NCBI GenBank assembly: GCA_041746575.1
Contig: JBGTGT010000098.1
Coordinates: 1-64,000, forward strand
Length of the DNA: 64,000 bases
Source: Microcystaceae cyanobacterium
Lineage (GTDB): Bacteria > Cyanobacteriota > Cyanobacteriia > Cyanobacteriales > Microcystaceae
Reading direction: 5' to 3'
Shown here: in pieces, positions 29,869 through 40,863 of the stretch
How the letters are laid out: every line of letters starts with the position of its first letter
Numbering within the stretch: the stretch's first letter is position 1
Program-made: the position numbers and the translations under genes
The notes under the pieces: generated by a model
Databases searched by the model: none
What the model was told of the DNA's origin: nothing
The model's input: only the letters and a program-made list of their open reading frames with translations

Positions 29869-31220
29869 CCTGAATAACGGTGAGTGAGAGATAGCCAGTC
29901 CCTTTTAAGGGCTGGTAGTCGAACGAATTAGGGAATTTATTCCCGTGTATCTTTTGAATCTTACACACCCATGTAAGATAGTGTTATAATTAAATCATGG
30001 TTAATTTAACCCTAACGCTTAAGCTTCCTTTTTATCGGTTAAACCAGTGCAAAGCACAAGAATTTAACCGATTGACTGAGTTGAATACAGGTATTGCGAA
30101 TCAACTTTTAGAAATTCCTAAAACAGATAGAAGAAAGTTAACCAGCAAAGACTTCAATCATCTTGAAATTGGGTCAAACTGGATAAATCAAACCATTCGT
30201 AATACTTGTGCCGCGACTAAAGTTAAGAAGTTTAAATGTTTGCCGCTTGAAGCCAACAACCAAGGTTGGTGTATTGAGAAAAATGGAAGCACTTACTCTG
30301 TTGCTTTTTCAATGGTAAGAGGGGTTAAAAAGCGTATTCCTCTGGCTATTCATCAATCTAATCATGCTGATGTCTTAGATAAAATCATAACGAAAGAAGC
30401 CCAAAAAGGCAGTCTTAAGCTATGGAAATCTAGAAAAGATATTTGGTACGTCTTAATTAGTGTCTCAATGGATGTTCCTGAGCCTAGTAAGATTAAAGGT
30501 TGGATCGGAGTAGATAGAGGTCAGAACCGTATTGCTGTTGCTTCATTGCCCAAAAGCTTTGGAAAGTTCTGGGACGGTCGTCAAGTCAAACATTTAAGAC
30601 GGCGGTATCAGAAAATTAGAAAAGCATTACAAAAGGCTAAAAAGCACCAAGTAATTAAGCGGTTAGAATCAAAAGAAAGACGAATCATGACCTATATTAA
30701 TCACTGCATCTCTAAGCAGTTGGTTCAGTTTGCTAAGGATTACGATCTGGGATTAAGATTTGAGGATTTATCTGGCATTAGGCAGACCTCAAAACAATCC
30801 CAGAAAGTCAAGTCTGATGCAGGTAATAACCGTGACAATTGGGCTTATTATCAACTTGAGCAATTCACTCGATATAAGGCTATTCGAGCAGGTATCAAGT
30901 TTGAATCAATCCCCGCACCCTACACCAGCAAATCAGACCATAGGAACGGTGTGATTGGTAAGCGTAATCGGCACTGGTTTAGAGGTTTTGACGGTTATCA
31001 TTGTGATGCTGATTGGAATGCATCGCAAAACATAGGTCAATGGTTAGGTTTTTCATGTCCTCTCAACCTTCAGAAAATTGTATCTGTAATGGATGCAGAC
31101 GGTTTAGAGGATGGGGTAAATGGGAGTCCCCTTAACTAGAGTAACTCTTCAAAAGCGTGGATTTATCCCGCTTTTTGAAGACCTCTAGAATCCCTGTCAC
31201 TTTAGTGCAGGGAGTCTCAA
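29869..31220 (+). mobile_element. IS200/IS605-family element carrying only tnpB (IS1341 type)
   Basis: Left-end hairpin CCAG(T)CCC-TTTTAA-GGGCTGG (29895-29915). Right end GAAT-CCCTG(T)CAC-TTTA-GTGCAGGG-AGTC-TCAA (31188-31220). The left boundary is inferred. Confidence 0.75.
29997..31139 (+). CDS. tnpB: RNA-guided endonuclease TnpB
   Basis: RuvC motifs IGVDRG, FEDL and DADWNASQNI. Confidence 0.9.
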   Translation: MVNLTLTLKLPFYRLNQCKAQEFNRLTELNTGIANQLLEIPKTDRRKLTSKDFNHLEIGSNWINQTIRNTCAATKVKKFKCLPLEANNQGWCIEKNGSTYSVAFSMVRGVKKRIPLAIHQSNHADVLDKIITKEAQKGSLKLWKSRKDIWYVLISVSMDVPEPSKIKGWIGVDRGQNRIAVASLPKSFGKFWDGRQVKHLRRRYQKIRKALQKAKKHQVIKRLESKERRIMTYINHCISKQLVQFAKDYDLGLRFEDLSGIRQTSKQSQKVKSDAGNNRDNWAYYQLEQFTRYKAIRAGIKFESIPAPYTSKSDHRNGVIGKRNRHWFRGFDGYHCDADWNASQNIGQWLGFSCPLNLQKIVSVMDADGLEDGVNGSPLN

Positions 31221-31235
31221 CTGTCTCATCCTTTT

Positions 31236-32621
31236 TTAGATCCTTGCTACTTCTCTCGACGATGAAAGGGAGATTTTTCGCCCGTTTAAGATCAATTTAA
31301 CCCCTCTGGCTGGGGTCAGGGTTAATCCTCGTCGTTGTAAGCGTTCGGGTTTAGTTTCAGCTAAGGCTAAGTCGTAATAAGAAAGAATCTGAAAAAGGGC
31401 TAATTTCATTTCAAATTGCGCTAAAGTATCTCCAATACAGCGACGACTGCCATTGCCAAAAGGGATAAATTCATAGGGAGAATATTTTCGTTCTAAGAAC
31501 CGTTCGGGTCGAAATTGCTGGGGATTTGGATATAAATCTTGCCGTCGATGGGTTAGAAACATACAACCTAACAAAATCGTTCCTGCCTCAAGGGAATAAC
31601 CCAAGAGTTCCACGGGTTTCTGAGCCACTCTAGGGAAGGTGAGCATGGCAACAGGCGTTAATCGTAAGGTTTCGTTGCAAAATGCGGTTAAATAGGGTAA
31701 TTTTGCAATTTCCATAGGGTCTGGATCATTGCCCAAAGATTGAAATTCGGCCAGCAACCGGCTTTGAGCGTCGGGTTGACGATAGACCCAATATAACGCC
31801 CAAGCGATCGCTGTGGCGGTGGTTTCATGACCGGCTAGCAGAAGGGTCATTAATTCATCCCGTAGTTCGGTGTCACTCATAGCACTTCCGTCTTCGTAAC
31901 GGGCTGACATCATGAGAGACAAAATATCTGTCGCATTAGGATCAAGATTTTTTCGTCGTTCTGCTAATTCTTCATAGATCAAAGCATCGATTGACTGTTT
32001 TTGTCGCTGAAAGCGTCCCCATGGACTCCAAGCTCCCCAATCTTTCTGTAAAGCCGGAACCAGTAAAAAAGCAGAGTTTAAGGGGGAATCAAAGGAATCT
32101 AACATTTCAGTTAGGTTTTTTTGGATTTTTTGATATCTTTCTCCTTCATAAATGCCAAAAACGACTTGTAAAATTACCTGTAAGGTGATCTTTTGGGTGA
32201 GGCGACGGCCGACAAAAACGTGGTGGGGTGGAATTGCCCGCATAACTTGTTCTGTAGTGTCTAGGATGGCCTGACCATAGGAAAGTAATCGTTCTCCATG
32301 AAAGGGAGGAGCTAATAATTGTCGTCTTTGTTTGTGTTGTTCGCCACTCAGCAGAAAAAGCGAAGAATCACCCGTAATTGGCCGTAAAGTTTCATTCATG
32401 TCTCCGGGCGCACTGAATTCCCGACGATCATTGGTCAATATTTGTTGTAGTGCTTCAGGGTGACTAACGTATATGGGGGAATAGCCAAAGCCTACTGATT
32501 TTGTGATAAAGAGATCGGGATATTGCTGATGATTTTTCTGGAGATAAGCAACGGGATCTAAGATCCATTCCAGTCTTTGGCGAAAAGCAGAACCTTTGGC
32601 AACGGGTACAGTTTGAGTCAT
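31236..32621 (-). CDS. Cytochrome P450 (CYP110-like)
   Basis: AGHETTA, ETLR, PERF and FGNGSRRCIG. Confidence 0.93.
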   Translation of the reverse strand: MTQTVPVAKGSAFRQRLEWILDPVAYLQKNHQQYPDLFITKSVGFGYSPIYVSHPEALQQILTNDRREFSAPGDMNETLRPITGDSSLFLLSGEQHKQRRQLLAPPFHGERLLSYGQAILDTTEQVMRAIPPHHVFVGRRLTQKITLQVILQVVFGIYEGERYQKIQKNLTEMLDSFDSPLNSAFLLVPALQKDWGAWSPWGRFQRQKQSIDALIYEELAERRKNLDPNATDILSLMMSARYEDGSAMSDTELRDELMTLLLAGHETTATAIAWALYWVYRQPDAQSRLLAEFQSLGNDPDPMEIAKLPYLTAFCNETLRLTPVAMLTFPRVAQKPVELLGYSLEAGTILLGCMFLTHRRQDLYPNPQQFRPERFLERKYSPYEFIPFGNGSRRCIGDTLAQFEMKLALFQILSYYDLALAETKPERLQRRGLTLTPARGVKLILNGRKISLSSSREVARI

Positions 32622-32899
32622 TTGACAAAAATAAAATTGCTAGGGATAAGGATGAGGAGAGCTTTTATTATTCTCTTGTGAGATATTGTACTTTATCTCC
32701 GAAGAAGCGTTTGAGGATAAGTATCGATGTTCTTCCCTATGAGACAAGATTAGGGTGAGGATTAAATTAGAATGAGCAACAGATTGAAGTCATTTTGACA
32801 GGAAATTTGGCACAATATTTTCAATGCTGTCTAACCAAAAATGACTGAATTAACAGAGTAAATAAGGTGGGCAATGAAAACCCACCCTAAGAATAACCC

Positions 32900-35800
32900 T
32901 TAACTTCCGCCGATTCGGGCAACATCACGGGCATTTTCTTCAAACGCAGCCGTTAGCGCATCATCTCCACTTAAACCTGATTCTAGGGCTTTTTTGAGAC
33001 AAGCTAGCACCCGTTTGTAATCACGCGGCATGACCTTGACAAATTTACCTACATAGTCTTTCCAATTAGCCAAGACTTTAGCCGCCTTTTGACTTTGGGT
33101 GTATTCAAGGTGTTTATCAATCATGTGACGGACTTTATCGAGGTCTTCCTCGTCCAAGGGTTCAATATCGGCCATTTGCTGGTTACAACGGGTGGCAAAG
33201 TCTTCTGCTTCATCGAGGATATAAGCGACACCCCCGCTCATTCCTGCGCCAAAGTTGCGTCCGGTTGCGCCTAAGACCACCACGTTACCTCCCGTCATGT
33301 ATTCGCAAGCATGGTCACCGACTGCTTCGACAACAGCGTTAACCCCTGAATTACGGACACAGAAGCGTTCTCCTGCGACGCCATAAATATACGCTTCCCC
33401 AGCGGTTGCTCCATAGAATGCCACGTTACCGATGATAATATTCTCTTCAGGAATAAAACTGGAGACTTTGGGAGGATAAACGATAATTTTCCCACCGCTT
33501 AAGCCTTTTCCGACGTAATCATTGCCGTCGCCTTCTAATTCCAATGTCATTCCCTTGGGAATAAAAGCACCGAAGCTTTGACCTGCGCTACCTTGGAAGT
33601 GTAAATGGACGGTATCTTCTGGCAAACCTTCCCAATGGCGTTTGGTAATTTCGTTACCGACAATGGTGCCGACAACACGGTTAATATTCGTAATGGGTAA
33701 AGTAGCCGTAACTTTCTCTCCATTTTCAATGGCTGGCTTGCATAAATCAAATAAAACTGTCATATCTAGGGATTTTGCTAAGCCGTGATCTTGAGGAATT
33801 TGGCAATAACGTCCGACTTCTGGCGCAACTTCGGGTTGATAGAGAATGGGAGAAAGGTCAACCCCTTTTGCTTTCCAATGAGAAATCGCTTTTTTTGGCT
33901 CTAGGACATCGGTACGCCCTATCATCTCGTTAAGGGTACGGAATCCTAGCTGTGCCATAATTTCCCGTAGTTCCATGGCAATAAACTTCATGAAGTTGAC
34001 CGTATAGGCAGGATCACCCATGAATTTTGCCCGTAATTCGGGATCTTGAGTTGCTACACCGACAGGGCAGGTATTTAGGTGGCAAACACGCATCATAATG
34101 CACCCTAGCGTGACCAATGGTGCAGTAGAGAAACCATACTCTTCGGCACCCAATAAAGCCGCAATGGCGATATCTCGGCCGGTTTTGAGTTGTCCATCGG
34201 TTTCAACCACAATACGCGATCGCAAGTTATTCAGCACAAGGGTTTGATGGGTTTCGGCGAGTCCTAATTCCCACGGTAATCCGGCGTGTTTGATCGAAGT
34301 TTGAGGCGACGCACCTGTACCGCCATCATGTCCTGAAATCAGCACCACATCAGCGTGTGCCTTAGCAACCCCTGCCGCAATCGTGCCAACTCCAACTTCT
34401 GAGACTAATTTGACGTTAATTCGCGCATTTCGGTTAGCATTTTTGAGATCGTGAATTAACTCGGCTAAGTCTTCGATGGAGTAAATGTCGTGGTGAGGGG
34501 GGGGAGAAATTAAACCGACACCGGGGGTAGAATGACGCACCTTAGCAATCCAAGGATACACCTTCCGACCGGGCAGTTGTCCGCCTTCACCCGGTTTTGC
34601 GCCTTGTGCCATTTTAATCTGTAATTCCTTTGCTTGGGACAAATAAAGGCTGGTTACGCCAAAACGTCCCGATGCCACCTGTTTAATCGCACTGTTTTTA
34701 GAATCCCCGTTTTCGTTTGTCCAAGTATAGCGTTCGGAAGCTTCTCCTCCTTCCCCCGTATTAGACTTACCGCCAATTCGGTTCATCGCAATCGCTAGAG
34801 ATTCGTGAGCTTCCTGAGAAATTGAGCCATAACTCATTGCTCCTGATTTAAAACGCTTCATAATGGCTTCAATCGGTTCAACTTCCCCTAGAGGAATAGG
34901 TTCACGGTCTTTAAAGCTCAATAACCCCCGTAAGGTAAAGAATTTTTCGTTTTGTTCGTTAATTTGCGTTGCATATTTCTTATAGAGTTCATAATCTCCC
35001 GTTCGCGTCGCCTGTTGTAAGCTATGTATGGCAAGCGGACTGAGTAAATGTTCCTCTCCATCCTTGCGCCATTTGTATTCACCCCCGACATCGAGGGTGT
35101 GACCGTTAACCTCACGGTCTGGGAAGGCGTGTTCATGACGTAGAATAGCTTCTTGAGTAATTATGGCTAAATCTGACCCTTCAATACGTGAAGCTGTCCA
35201 AGAGAAGTATTTATCCACGACAGATTTATTTAAGCCAATTGCCTCGAAAATCTGCGCGCCTCGGTAGCTTTGCAAGGTAGAAATGCCAATTTTAGAAGCA
35301 ATCTTAATGACACCTTTGGTGGCGGCTTTGATGTAGTTCTTACAAGCGGTTTTGTGATCTACATTCAAAACTGATCCTTCTTGGATCATTTGATCCATCG
35401 TTGCAAAGGCAAGGTAAGGGTTAATTGCACCGCAACCATAGCCTAAGAGGACAGCAAAATGATGGACTTCGCGCGGTTCACCCGATTCGAGAACTAAACC
35501 CACCTTAGTGCGAGTGCCATTGCGAATGAGATGATGATGCAATCCTGCAATTGCTAAGAGGGCAGGAATCGCCGCATTTTCCTTGTTAATATCCCGATCT
35601 GAGAGAATAATGATATTATAACCCTCTGCGATCGCTTGATCGGCATTTTGGTAAAGGGCAGTCATCGTAGACTCTAATCCTTTGACTTTTGCTTTTGGAT
35701 TAAAGAGAATGGGTAAGGTGATAGATTTAAAATCGCCCTTGGAAACATTTTTTAACTTTGACAACTCTTCATTACTGATAATAGGCGTATTCAGCTTAAT

Positions 35801-37501
35801 AAGGTTACAACTCTTGGGAGTCGGTTCGAGTAAGTTGCTTTCTGCTCCTATCGTTGTAATGGCAGAAGTGACAATTTCTTCTCGAATCGGGTCAATGGGA
35901 GGATTGGTGACTTGGGCAAAAAGTTGCTGAAAATAGTTATAAAGAAGCTTAGAACGCTCAGAAAGTACCGCTAACGGGGTATCTGTTCCCATTGCGCCTG
36001 TTGCCTCTACTCCATCCCGTGCCATCGGGGTTAAAAGCAATTGCAACTCTTCAAAGGTATAACCAAAGGCGGTTTGTTGTTGGATAATTGAAGACAGTTT
36101 ATTAATGTCAACCGTTTCTATTTTGGGTTCAGGTGTGGGTAAATCCGCCAAATTCACCAGATTTTCCTTCAACCACTGACGGTAAGGCTTTTCGGTAACA
36201 ATTTTCTGCTTAATTTCTTCATCGGCAATGATGCGGCCTTCCTCCATATTAACCAAAAACATCCGTCCGGGTTGTAATCGTCCCTTAAATGCCACTCTTT
36301 CAGGTTCAATCGGCAAAACCCCCGCCTCTGATGCCATTATCACTAGATCATCTTTAGTGACATAATAGCGCGACGGACGCAACCCATTCCGATCTAAGAC
36401 AGCCCCCATCATCGTACCATCCGTAAAGGCAATAGAGGCAGGACCATCCCACGGTTCCATCAAACAGGAATGATACTCATAGAACGCCTTTTTCTCGTCA
36501 CTCATCGATTCATGATTTGCCCAAGGTTCAGGAATCATCATCATAACGGCGTGAGGTAAAGAATAGCCCGACAAAGCCAGTAATTCTAAGGCATTATCAA
36601 AAATAGTCGAGTCACTGCCCTCAATATTAATCACCGGTTGCACTTTTGCTAAGTCATCCCCAAACACGTCAGAGTGAAATAACGCTTGACGCGCGTGCAT
36701 CCAGTTAATATTACCTCGCAAGGTATTGATTTCACCATTATGAGCAATGTAGCGATAAGGATGAGAACGTTCCCAACTGGGGAAGGTATTGGTACTAAAA
36801 CGAGAATGAACCAAGCCTAGCGCGCTTTCCATGTCTGGATCATGCAATTCTGGATAATAATCCCCAACTTGTGCGGTAGTCAGCATTCCTTTATAGACCA
36901 TCGTACGACCTGATAAACTGGACATATACCAGTAACTATCCACTTCAGGCACACGAATCGCGACGTGAGCTTGCTTGCGAATGACATAAAGCTTTCTTTC
37001 AAAGGCTAAATCGTCTTTCAAGGCAGGATTTCGGGCAATAAACACCTGTTGCATAAAGGGTTCACTGGATTTAGACGTATTCCCCAATGTTGAGTCATCA
37101 GTAGGAATATTGCGCCACCCCAAGACAGTCTGTCCCTCTTTTGCGGCAACCTTCTCAAAAATACGCCGTCCTTCTGCTCTTTCTTCTGCATTGGGTGAAC
37201 CGTAAACCATCCCAACGCCATATTCTTCGGGTTCAGGAAGAGTAATATTTAGTTCTGAAGTGACCTTTTTGAGGAATTTATGGGGAATTTGCATTAAAAT
37301 CCCAGCTCCGTCTCCTGTATTGACCTCACAGCCACACGCACCGCGATGTTCTAGGTTAACGAGAATCGTTAATGCTTGTTCAATAATATCATGGGATTTC
37401 TGTCCTTTTTGATGTACGATAAAACCGACACCACAGGCATCATGTTCATATTGGGGATTGTATAAGCCTTGTTTTTCGGGAGTTTGGCTATTTTTCATCA
37501 T
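32900..37501 (-). CDS. gltB: Glutamate synthase large subunit
   Basis: N-terminal [30 protein letters not shown] and CHLNTCPVG; 1533 aa. Confidence 0.95.
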   Translation of the reverse strand: MMKNSQTPEKQGLYNPQYEHDACGVGFIVHQKGQKSHDIIEQALTILVNLEHRGACGCEVNTGDGAGILMQIPHKFLKKVTSELNITLPEPEEYGVGMVYGSPNAEERAEGRRIFEKVAAKEGQTVLGWRNIPTDDSTLGNTSKSSEPFMQQVFIARNPALKDDLAFERKLYVIRKQAHVAIRVPEVDSYWYMSSLSGRTMVYKGMLTTAQVGDYYPELHDPDMESALGLVHSRFSTNTFPSWERSHPYRYIAHNGEINTLRGNINWMHARQALFHSDVFGDDLAKVQPVINIEGSDSTIFDNALELLALSGYSLPHAVMMMIPEPWANHESMSDEKKAFYEYHSCLMEPWDGPASIAFTDGTMMGAVLDRNGLRPSRYYVTKDDLVIMASEAGVLPIEPERVAFKGRLQPGRMFLVNMEEGRIIADEEIKQKIVTEKPYRQWLKENLVNLADLPTPEPKIETVDINKLSSIIQQQTAFGYTFEELQLLLTPMARDGVEATGAMGTDTPLAVLSERSKLLYNYFQQLFAQVTNPPIDPIREEIVTSAITTIGAESNLLEPTPKSCNLIKLNTPIISNEELSKLKNVSKGDFKSITLPILFNPKAKVKGLESTMTALYQNADQAIAEGYNIIILSDRDINKENAAIPALLAIAGLHHHLIRNGTRTKVGLVLESGEPREVHHFAVLLGYGCGAINPYLAFATMDQMIQEGSVLNVDHKTACKNYIKAATKGVIKIASKIGISTLQSYRGAQIFEAIGLNKSVVDKYFSWTASRIEGSDLAIITQEAILRHEHAFPDREVNGHTLDVGGEYKWRKDGEEHLLSPLAIHSLQQATRTGDYELYKKYATQINEQNEKFFTLRGLLSFKDREPIPLGEVEPIEAIMKRFKSGAMSYGSISQEAHESLAIAMNRIGGKSNTGEGGEASERYTWTNENGDSKNSAIKQVASGRFGVTSLYLSQAKELQIKMAQGAKPGEGGQLPGRKVYPWIAKVRHSTPGVGLISPPPHHDIYSIEDLAELIHDLKNANRNARINVKLVSEVGVGTIAAGVAKAHADVVLISGHDGGTGASPQTSIKHAGLPWELGLAETHQTLVLNNLRSRIVVETDGQLKTGRDIAIAALLGAEEYGFSTAPLVTLGCIMMRVCHLNTCPVGVATQDPELRAKFMGDPAYTVNFMKFIAMELREIMAQLGFRTLNEMIGRTDVLEPKKAISHWKAKGVDLSPILYQPEVAPEVGRYCQIPQDHGLAKSLDMTVLFDLCKPAIENGEKVTATLPITNINRVVGTIVGNEITKRHWEGLPEDTVHLHFQGSAGQSFGAFIPKGMTLELEGDGNDYVGKGLSGGKIIVYPPKVSSFIPEENIIIGNVAFYGATAGEAYIYGVAGERFCVRNSGVNAVVEAVGDHACEYMTGGNVVVLGATGRNFGAGMSGGVAYILDEAEDFATRCNQQMADIEPLDEEDLDKVRHMIDKHLEYTQSQKAAKVLANWKDYVGKFVKVMPRDYKRVLACLKKALESGLSGDDALTAAFEENARDVARIGGS

Positions 37502-37956
37502 TTAATGAACCTTATCAGAGAAATAGGGATAGGATGACAGAAGGGGACACTTTCCCCTTGTACTAACTTTCCATTGTGTCTTAGGATTCAGGAAGCGGCG
37601 CAGATTTTAAAGAATTATTTAAGTCTGGGTTAAAATAATTGGTACACTTCGCCACGAGAGGCAATCAATCAAATGGTAACTCTTTTAGCTTGTTCATCAA
37701 TTTTAAACACAACTTGCCAGTTTCCAACCCGATAGCGAAATTTTCCTGCTAACGAACCTTTTAAGGATTTAATATTAGGATGTTGCTCAGGATTTTGGGA
37801 CAATTGCTCAAAACAACGATTCAACTGAGATGCTCATGAATTATCGGCTTTTTGCTCAAATCTTTGTGCTTTACAGCTCAAAACGAGTTGCTTCTTGAGC
37901 AAGCAATAATTACTTGGGCGCAAGCCTTTCGCCCCGACAGGGGGAATATATTGGGT

Positions 37957-38520
37957 TTAAAATAAGAAATCAATCAAACAGCCAGAAGAGCGAATAGATG
38001 GCTTTTGGGGATCATCTTGCCATCGCAAAGGATTATGATCAATATATTGCCGAATTCGATTTAATTGTTGTTCGTTGCGTATCACTGTTTCGTAATAATT
38101 ACGTTGCCAAACCAACGGCTTTTCATCCCCACAAATTCGCTTAATCTTCTTTGTCACCGATGCTTTAAAACCCGCCACAAACGACGACAAAGACTTCGGT
38201 TTCCGTATTGCTACCCCCGTTTTCTGCAGGGGCGCAAGGCTTGCATCCACTGGGAGAATGATCACAATCCCATGTAAATGATTCGGCATAATCACCCATT
38301 CATCCAATTCAATTTCTTGACGTATATCTACAGACTTCAACCATTCATTTTTAACCAATTTACCCACTTGATTTAAAATCATTTTGCCCCCATCAATTTC
38401 CCCAAATATACATTGTTTCTGGTAAGTACAAAGGGTTATGAAATACATACCCTTTTGAGAATAATCATAATTCTGGAGACGAATTGAACGACGATTATGA
38501 TAGGACGGATGGTTATTAAT
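37957..38520 (-). CDS. REP-associated tyrosine transposase (RAYT, Y1 HUH)
   Basis: YFITLCT, MPNHLHGI (HUH), WQRNYYE and YIDHNP. The in-frame HNRRSIRLQNYDYS motif lies upstream of the track start at 38448. Confidence 0.88.
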   Translation of the reverse strand: MNNHPSYHNRRSIRLQNYDYSQKGMYFITLCTYQKQCIFGEIDGGKMILNQVGKLVKNEWLKSVDIRQEIELDEWVIMPNHLHGIVIILPVDASLAPLQKTGVAIRKPKSLSSFVAGFKASVTKKIKRICGDEKPLVWQRNYYETVIRNEQQLNRIRQYIDHNPLRWQDDPQKPSIRSSGCLIDFLF

Positions 38521-38764
38521 AAAATATTAGTAGGAAAGGAATACACGACACGATCAACCGTAGGGGCGCAATGCTTGCGCCCTTGCTTGCGCCCATAAAA
38601 TTGTGATTGGCAATGCAATAACCCCACATTCACGGGCGTAATCAATACATTTAGGGGCGTAAGCCTTACGCCCGTACGAAATAAAAAAGGTGAAGTGAAT
38701 CAACCACCCCACCCATTTATTGTCTTTATTCCCGTACGAGCGATACTAAGCCATGCCCAACGGA

Positions 38765-39283
38765 TTATTTGACAGCTGTTGTGTTATTGCCGCAATCAAC
38801 ATTATTAGTAGCTTGTTCACCGTAGTCTTTGACGTTAGATGCCGCGAGAGTGGCATCTTTATCGCCCCGACAAACAACAGTAGAAAACGCCCGGGTGCCA
38901 GTGTTGTAGGAAACACCTCCGAGAAAGTCTCTTGTGCCATTTTTACTGTTAGCAGCATCGTCTGCTAAGATGACCCCTAGAGCAGGCATCGTATAATCAT
39001 AGTATTTGCCCTTTTCTAAGGGAACTTCTAAAGAAGCCGCATCATTTGCGAAGGTGGTATATTCAGTGTAGTAGGCTTGTTGTGCGCGGTTAACTGCACC
39101 CACTTGAGATTTTGCTTCAGATTCCCGTGCTTTACCGACTTGTCCGAGGAGGTTAGGAAGAGCGATCGCGGCTAATACCCCAATGATAATAACAACAACT
39201 AATAATTCAATTAAGGTGAAACCTTTGTTAGCTTTTTTGTTGGAGAGTTGGTTGAGAAGGTTGAGTTGGAATTTAGCGTTCAT
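38765..39283 (-). CDS. pilA: Type IV major pilin (PilA1-like)
   Basis: KG/FTLIELLVVVIIIGVLAAIALP prepilin cleavage motif, RAQQAY, C-terminal Cys pair. Confidence 0.9.
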   Translation of the reverse strand: MNAKFQLNLLNQLSNKKANKGFTLIELLVVVIIIGVLAAIALPNLLGQVGKARESEAKSQVGAVNRAQQAYYTEYTTFANDAASLEVPLEKGKYYDYTMPALGVILADDAANSKNGTRDFLGGVSYNTGTRAFSTVVCRGDKDATLAASNVKDYGEQATNNVDCGNNTTAVK

Positions 39284-39335
39284 AATTGATTTTTTTCCTT
39301 GCGGTAGGGGTTTGTTTTTTTCTTTCTAGCATCAA

Positions 39336-39342
39336 CATACCC
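39336..39342 (-). promoter_or_regulatory. Possible SigF-type -10 element of pilA
   Basis: GGGTATG on the minus strand about 55 nt upstream of the pilA ATG; cyanobacterial pilA1 is SigF-dependent with GGGTA-like boxes. Confidence 0.35.
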
Positions 39343-39470
39343 ACATCGATTCAGTTTGATATCACCCCCAGCAAAAATTTTTGGGGATTAGGATAAAGAA
39401 GCGGAATCCAAATTCAGTTTACGTAGGGGCGTAAGCCCTCTCTCTCAAAAAAAATTGACGCCCCCCAAAA

Positions 39471-39910
39471 TTCACACCCCCAAACGTCCACGAAATGTTC
39501 ACACCCCCAAAATGTCCACGAAATATTGACACCCCCAAAATGTCCACGAAATGTTCACACCCCAAAAATATTCATATTAAATCCGTTTGATTAATCATGA
39601 AATGGGATGACGCCAATATACACTTTTGGGCGCAAGCCTTGCGCCCCTACGGAATTACGGAATTATGGAATTATGGTTATTTAAACGCATTGTATATTAC
39701 ATCTGAATGTACCCACACAATGTTCATCCCCCCAAAAATATTCATATTAAATCCGTTTGATTAATCATGAAATGGGATGACGCTAATGTACACTTTTGGG
39801 CTTTTGGGCGCAAGCCTTGCGCCCCTACGGAATTACGGAATTACGGAATTATGGTTATTTAAACACATTGTATATTACATCTAAATGTACCCACGAAATA
39901 TTTACACCCC
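39471..39910 (+). repeat. About 3.5 copies of a 28-bp tandem repeat, then two copies of a roughly 170-178-bp unit each containing a REP
   Basis: TTCACACCCCCAAAATGTCCACGAAATG repeats at 39471-39570; near-identical blocks at about 39550-39720 and 39720-39905; internal GGAATTAC 8-mers. Confidence 0.85.
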
Positions 39911-39943
39911 AACGCGCCTCAAAAAGGTTGGGTTTGCCGTGCA

Positions 39944-40807
39944 TTATGGTTCACTGTTCAACGTTTCTGCCTTGAGATTAACTGTTTTAACCTCCCCTGA
40001 TTGGCCAAGCTGTTCAAAAGGTTCTTCATTAAGAGATATCTTCACACCCCCTGCATTCCCCGCCAACAGACGAATTTCTTCTTTTCCTGTCCATTTTTGT
40101 TGGTCACCTGGCAGTAAAATCCCTTCATAGACCGTTTTCCCGTCCGCCGTAACTCTTACCCATGCCCGTTCCGTAATTTGTACCGATAGAGTAAGAGGAC
40201 TATCCTTTTTCAGAGGAGAAGGAGATGGAGAAAGCGTCGGTGACGGCAGAGGAGAAGGAGAAGCAATCACAGGAGAGGGTTCAATCAAAGGTGAGGGTTC
40301 AACCTCAACAACAGTTTCAGGTACAGGACGACGCATATAGAGATAACCCGCTAAACCGCTAAGAGCCGCTAGTACAATTAATAAAAAAGGTAAAAATTTG
40401 CTCATTCCTCCTGATTTTTGCCCTGCAGAGCGACTTGTATAAAGGGGAGTCGTTGGGGGTGGCGTTAAGGTTTGGGTGGAATTATTGTTAGATAGTTGTT
40501 CTTTTTGTAGAGAGAGATGTTTCTTAGAATTGGGGGGAAGCGTGTCTGGAATTTCGCTGAGGGTTTTCGCCAGTTCTGCGCCATCAATGCCCAATAAATC
40601 GGCGTAACGACGAATAAACCCTTGCACATAAATTTTTTCGGGCAGTTCATCTGTATTTCCCTCTTCCAATGCCCGCAAGACGGTATGACTAATAAAAGTT
40701 CTTTCAGCCACATTTTCTAAAGTTAAAGAATGAGCGAGGCGTTGCTGTTGTAAGTAATTGCCAACATCTTTAATTTGGGCGATTTGTTCGGGGTTATAGT
40801 AGGTCAT
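39944..40807 (-). CDS. rodZ: RodZ-like protein (HTH + TM + DUF4115)
   Basis: N-terminal HTH with YVQGFIRRYA, a central TM helix, C-terminal WVRV.ADG...GNAGG. Confidence 0.8.
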   Translation of the reverse strand: MTYYNPEQIAQIKDVGNYLQQQRLAHSLTLENVAERTFISHTVLRALEEGNTDELPEKIYVQGFIRRYADLLGIDGAELAKTLSEIPDTLPPNSKKHLSLQKEQLSNNNSTQTLTPPPTTPLYTSRSAGQKSGGMSKFLPFLLIVLAALSGLAGYLYMRRPVPETVVEVEPSPLIEPSPVIASPSPLPSPTLSPSPSPLKKDSPLTLSVQITERAWVRVTADGKTVYEGILLPGDQQKWTGKEEIRLLAGNAGGVKISLNEEPFEQLGQSGEVKTVNLKAETLNSEP

Positions 40808-40863
40808 AAGTGTATATTAAGATTGAATAAGGGGAATTTTTGTGATTTTTGTATTTTCAAGCG

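Larger units (their letters stand above)
37916..39828. repeat. Cluster of GTAG-type REP palindromes (consensus GTAGGGGCGCAAGSCTTGCGCCC)
   Basis: Copies at 37916-37938, 38226-38250, 38560-38582, 38651-38677, 39423-39438 (partial), 39628-39650 and 39806-39828. Confidence 0.85.

Noticed and set aside
37957..38520. RAYT as the TnpA partner of the tnpB element
   Set aside because: It is a RAYT-type protein flanked by GTAG REPs, 7 kb away, and its palindromes do not resemble the IS end hairpins.
39471..39570. 28-bp repeats as a CRISPR array
   Set aside because: The units are directly tandem with no unique spacers, and there are no cas genes.
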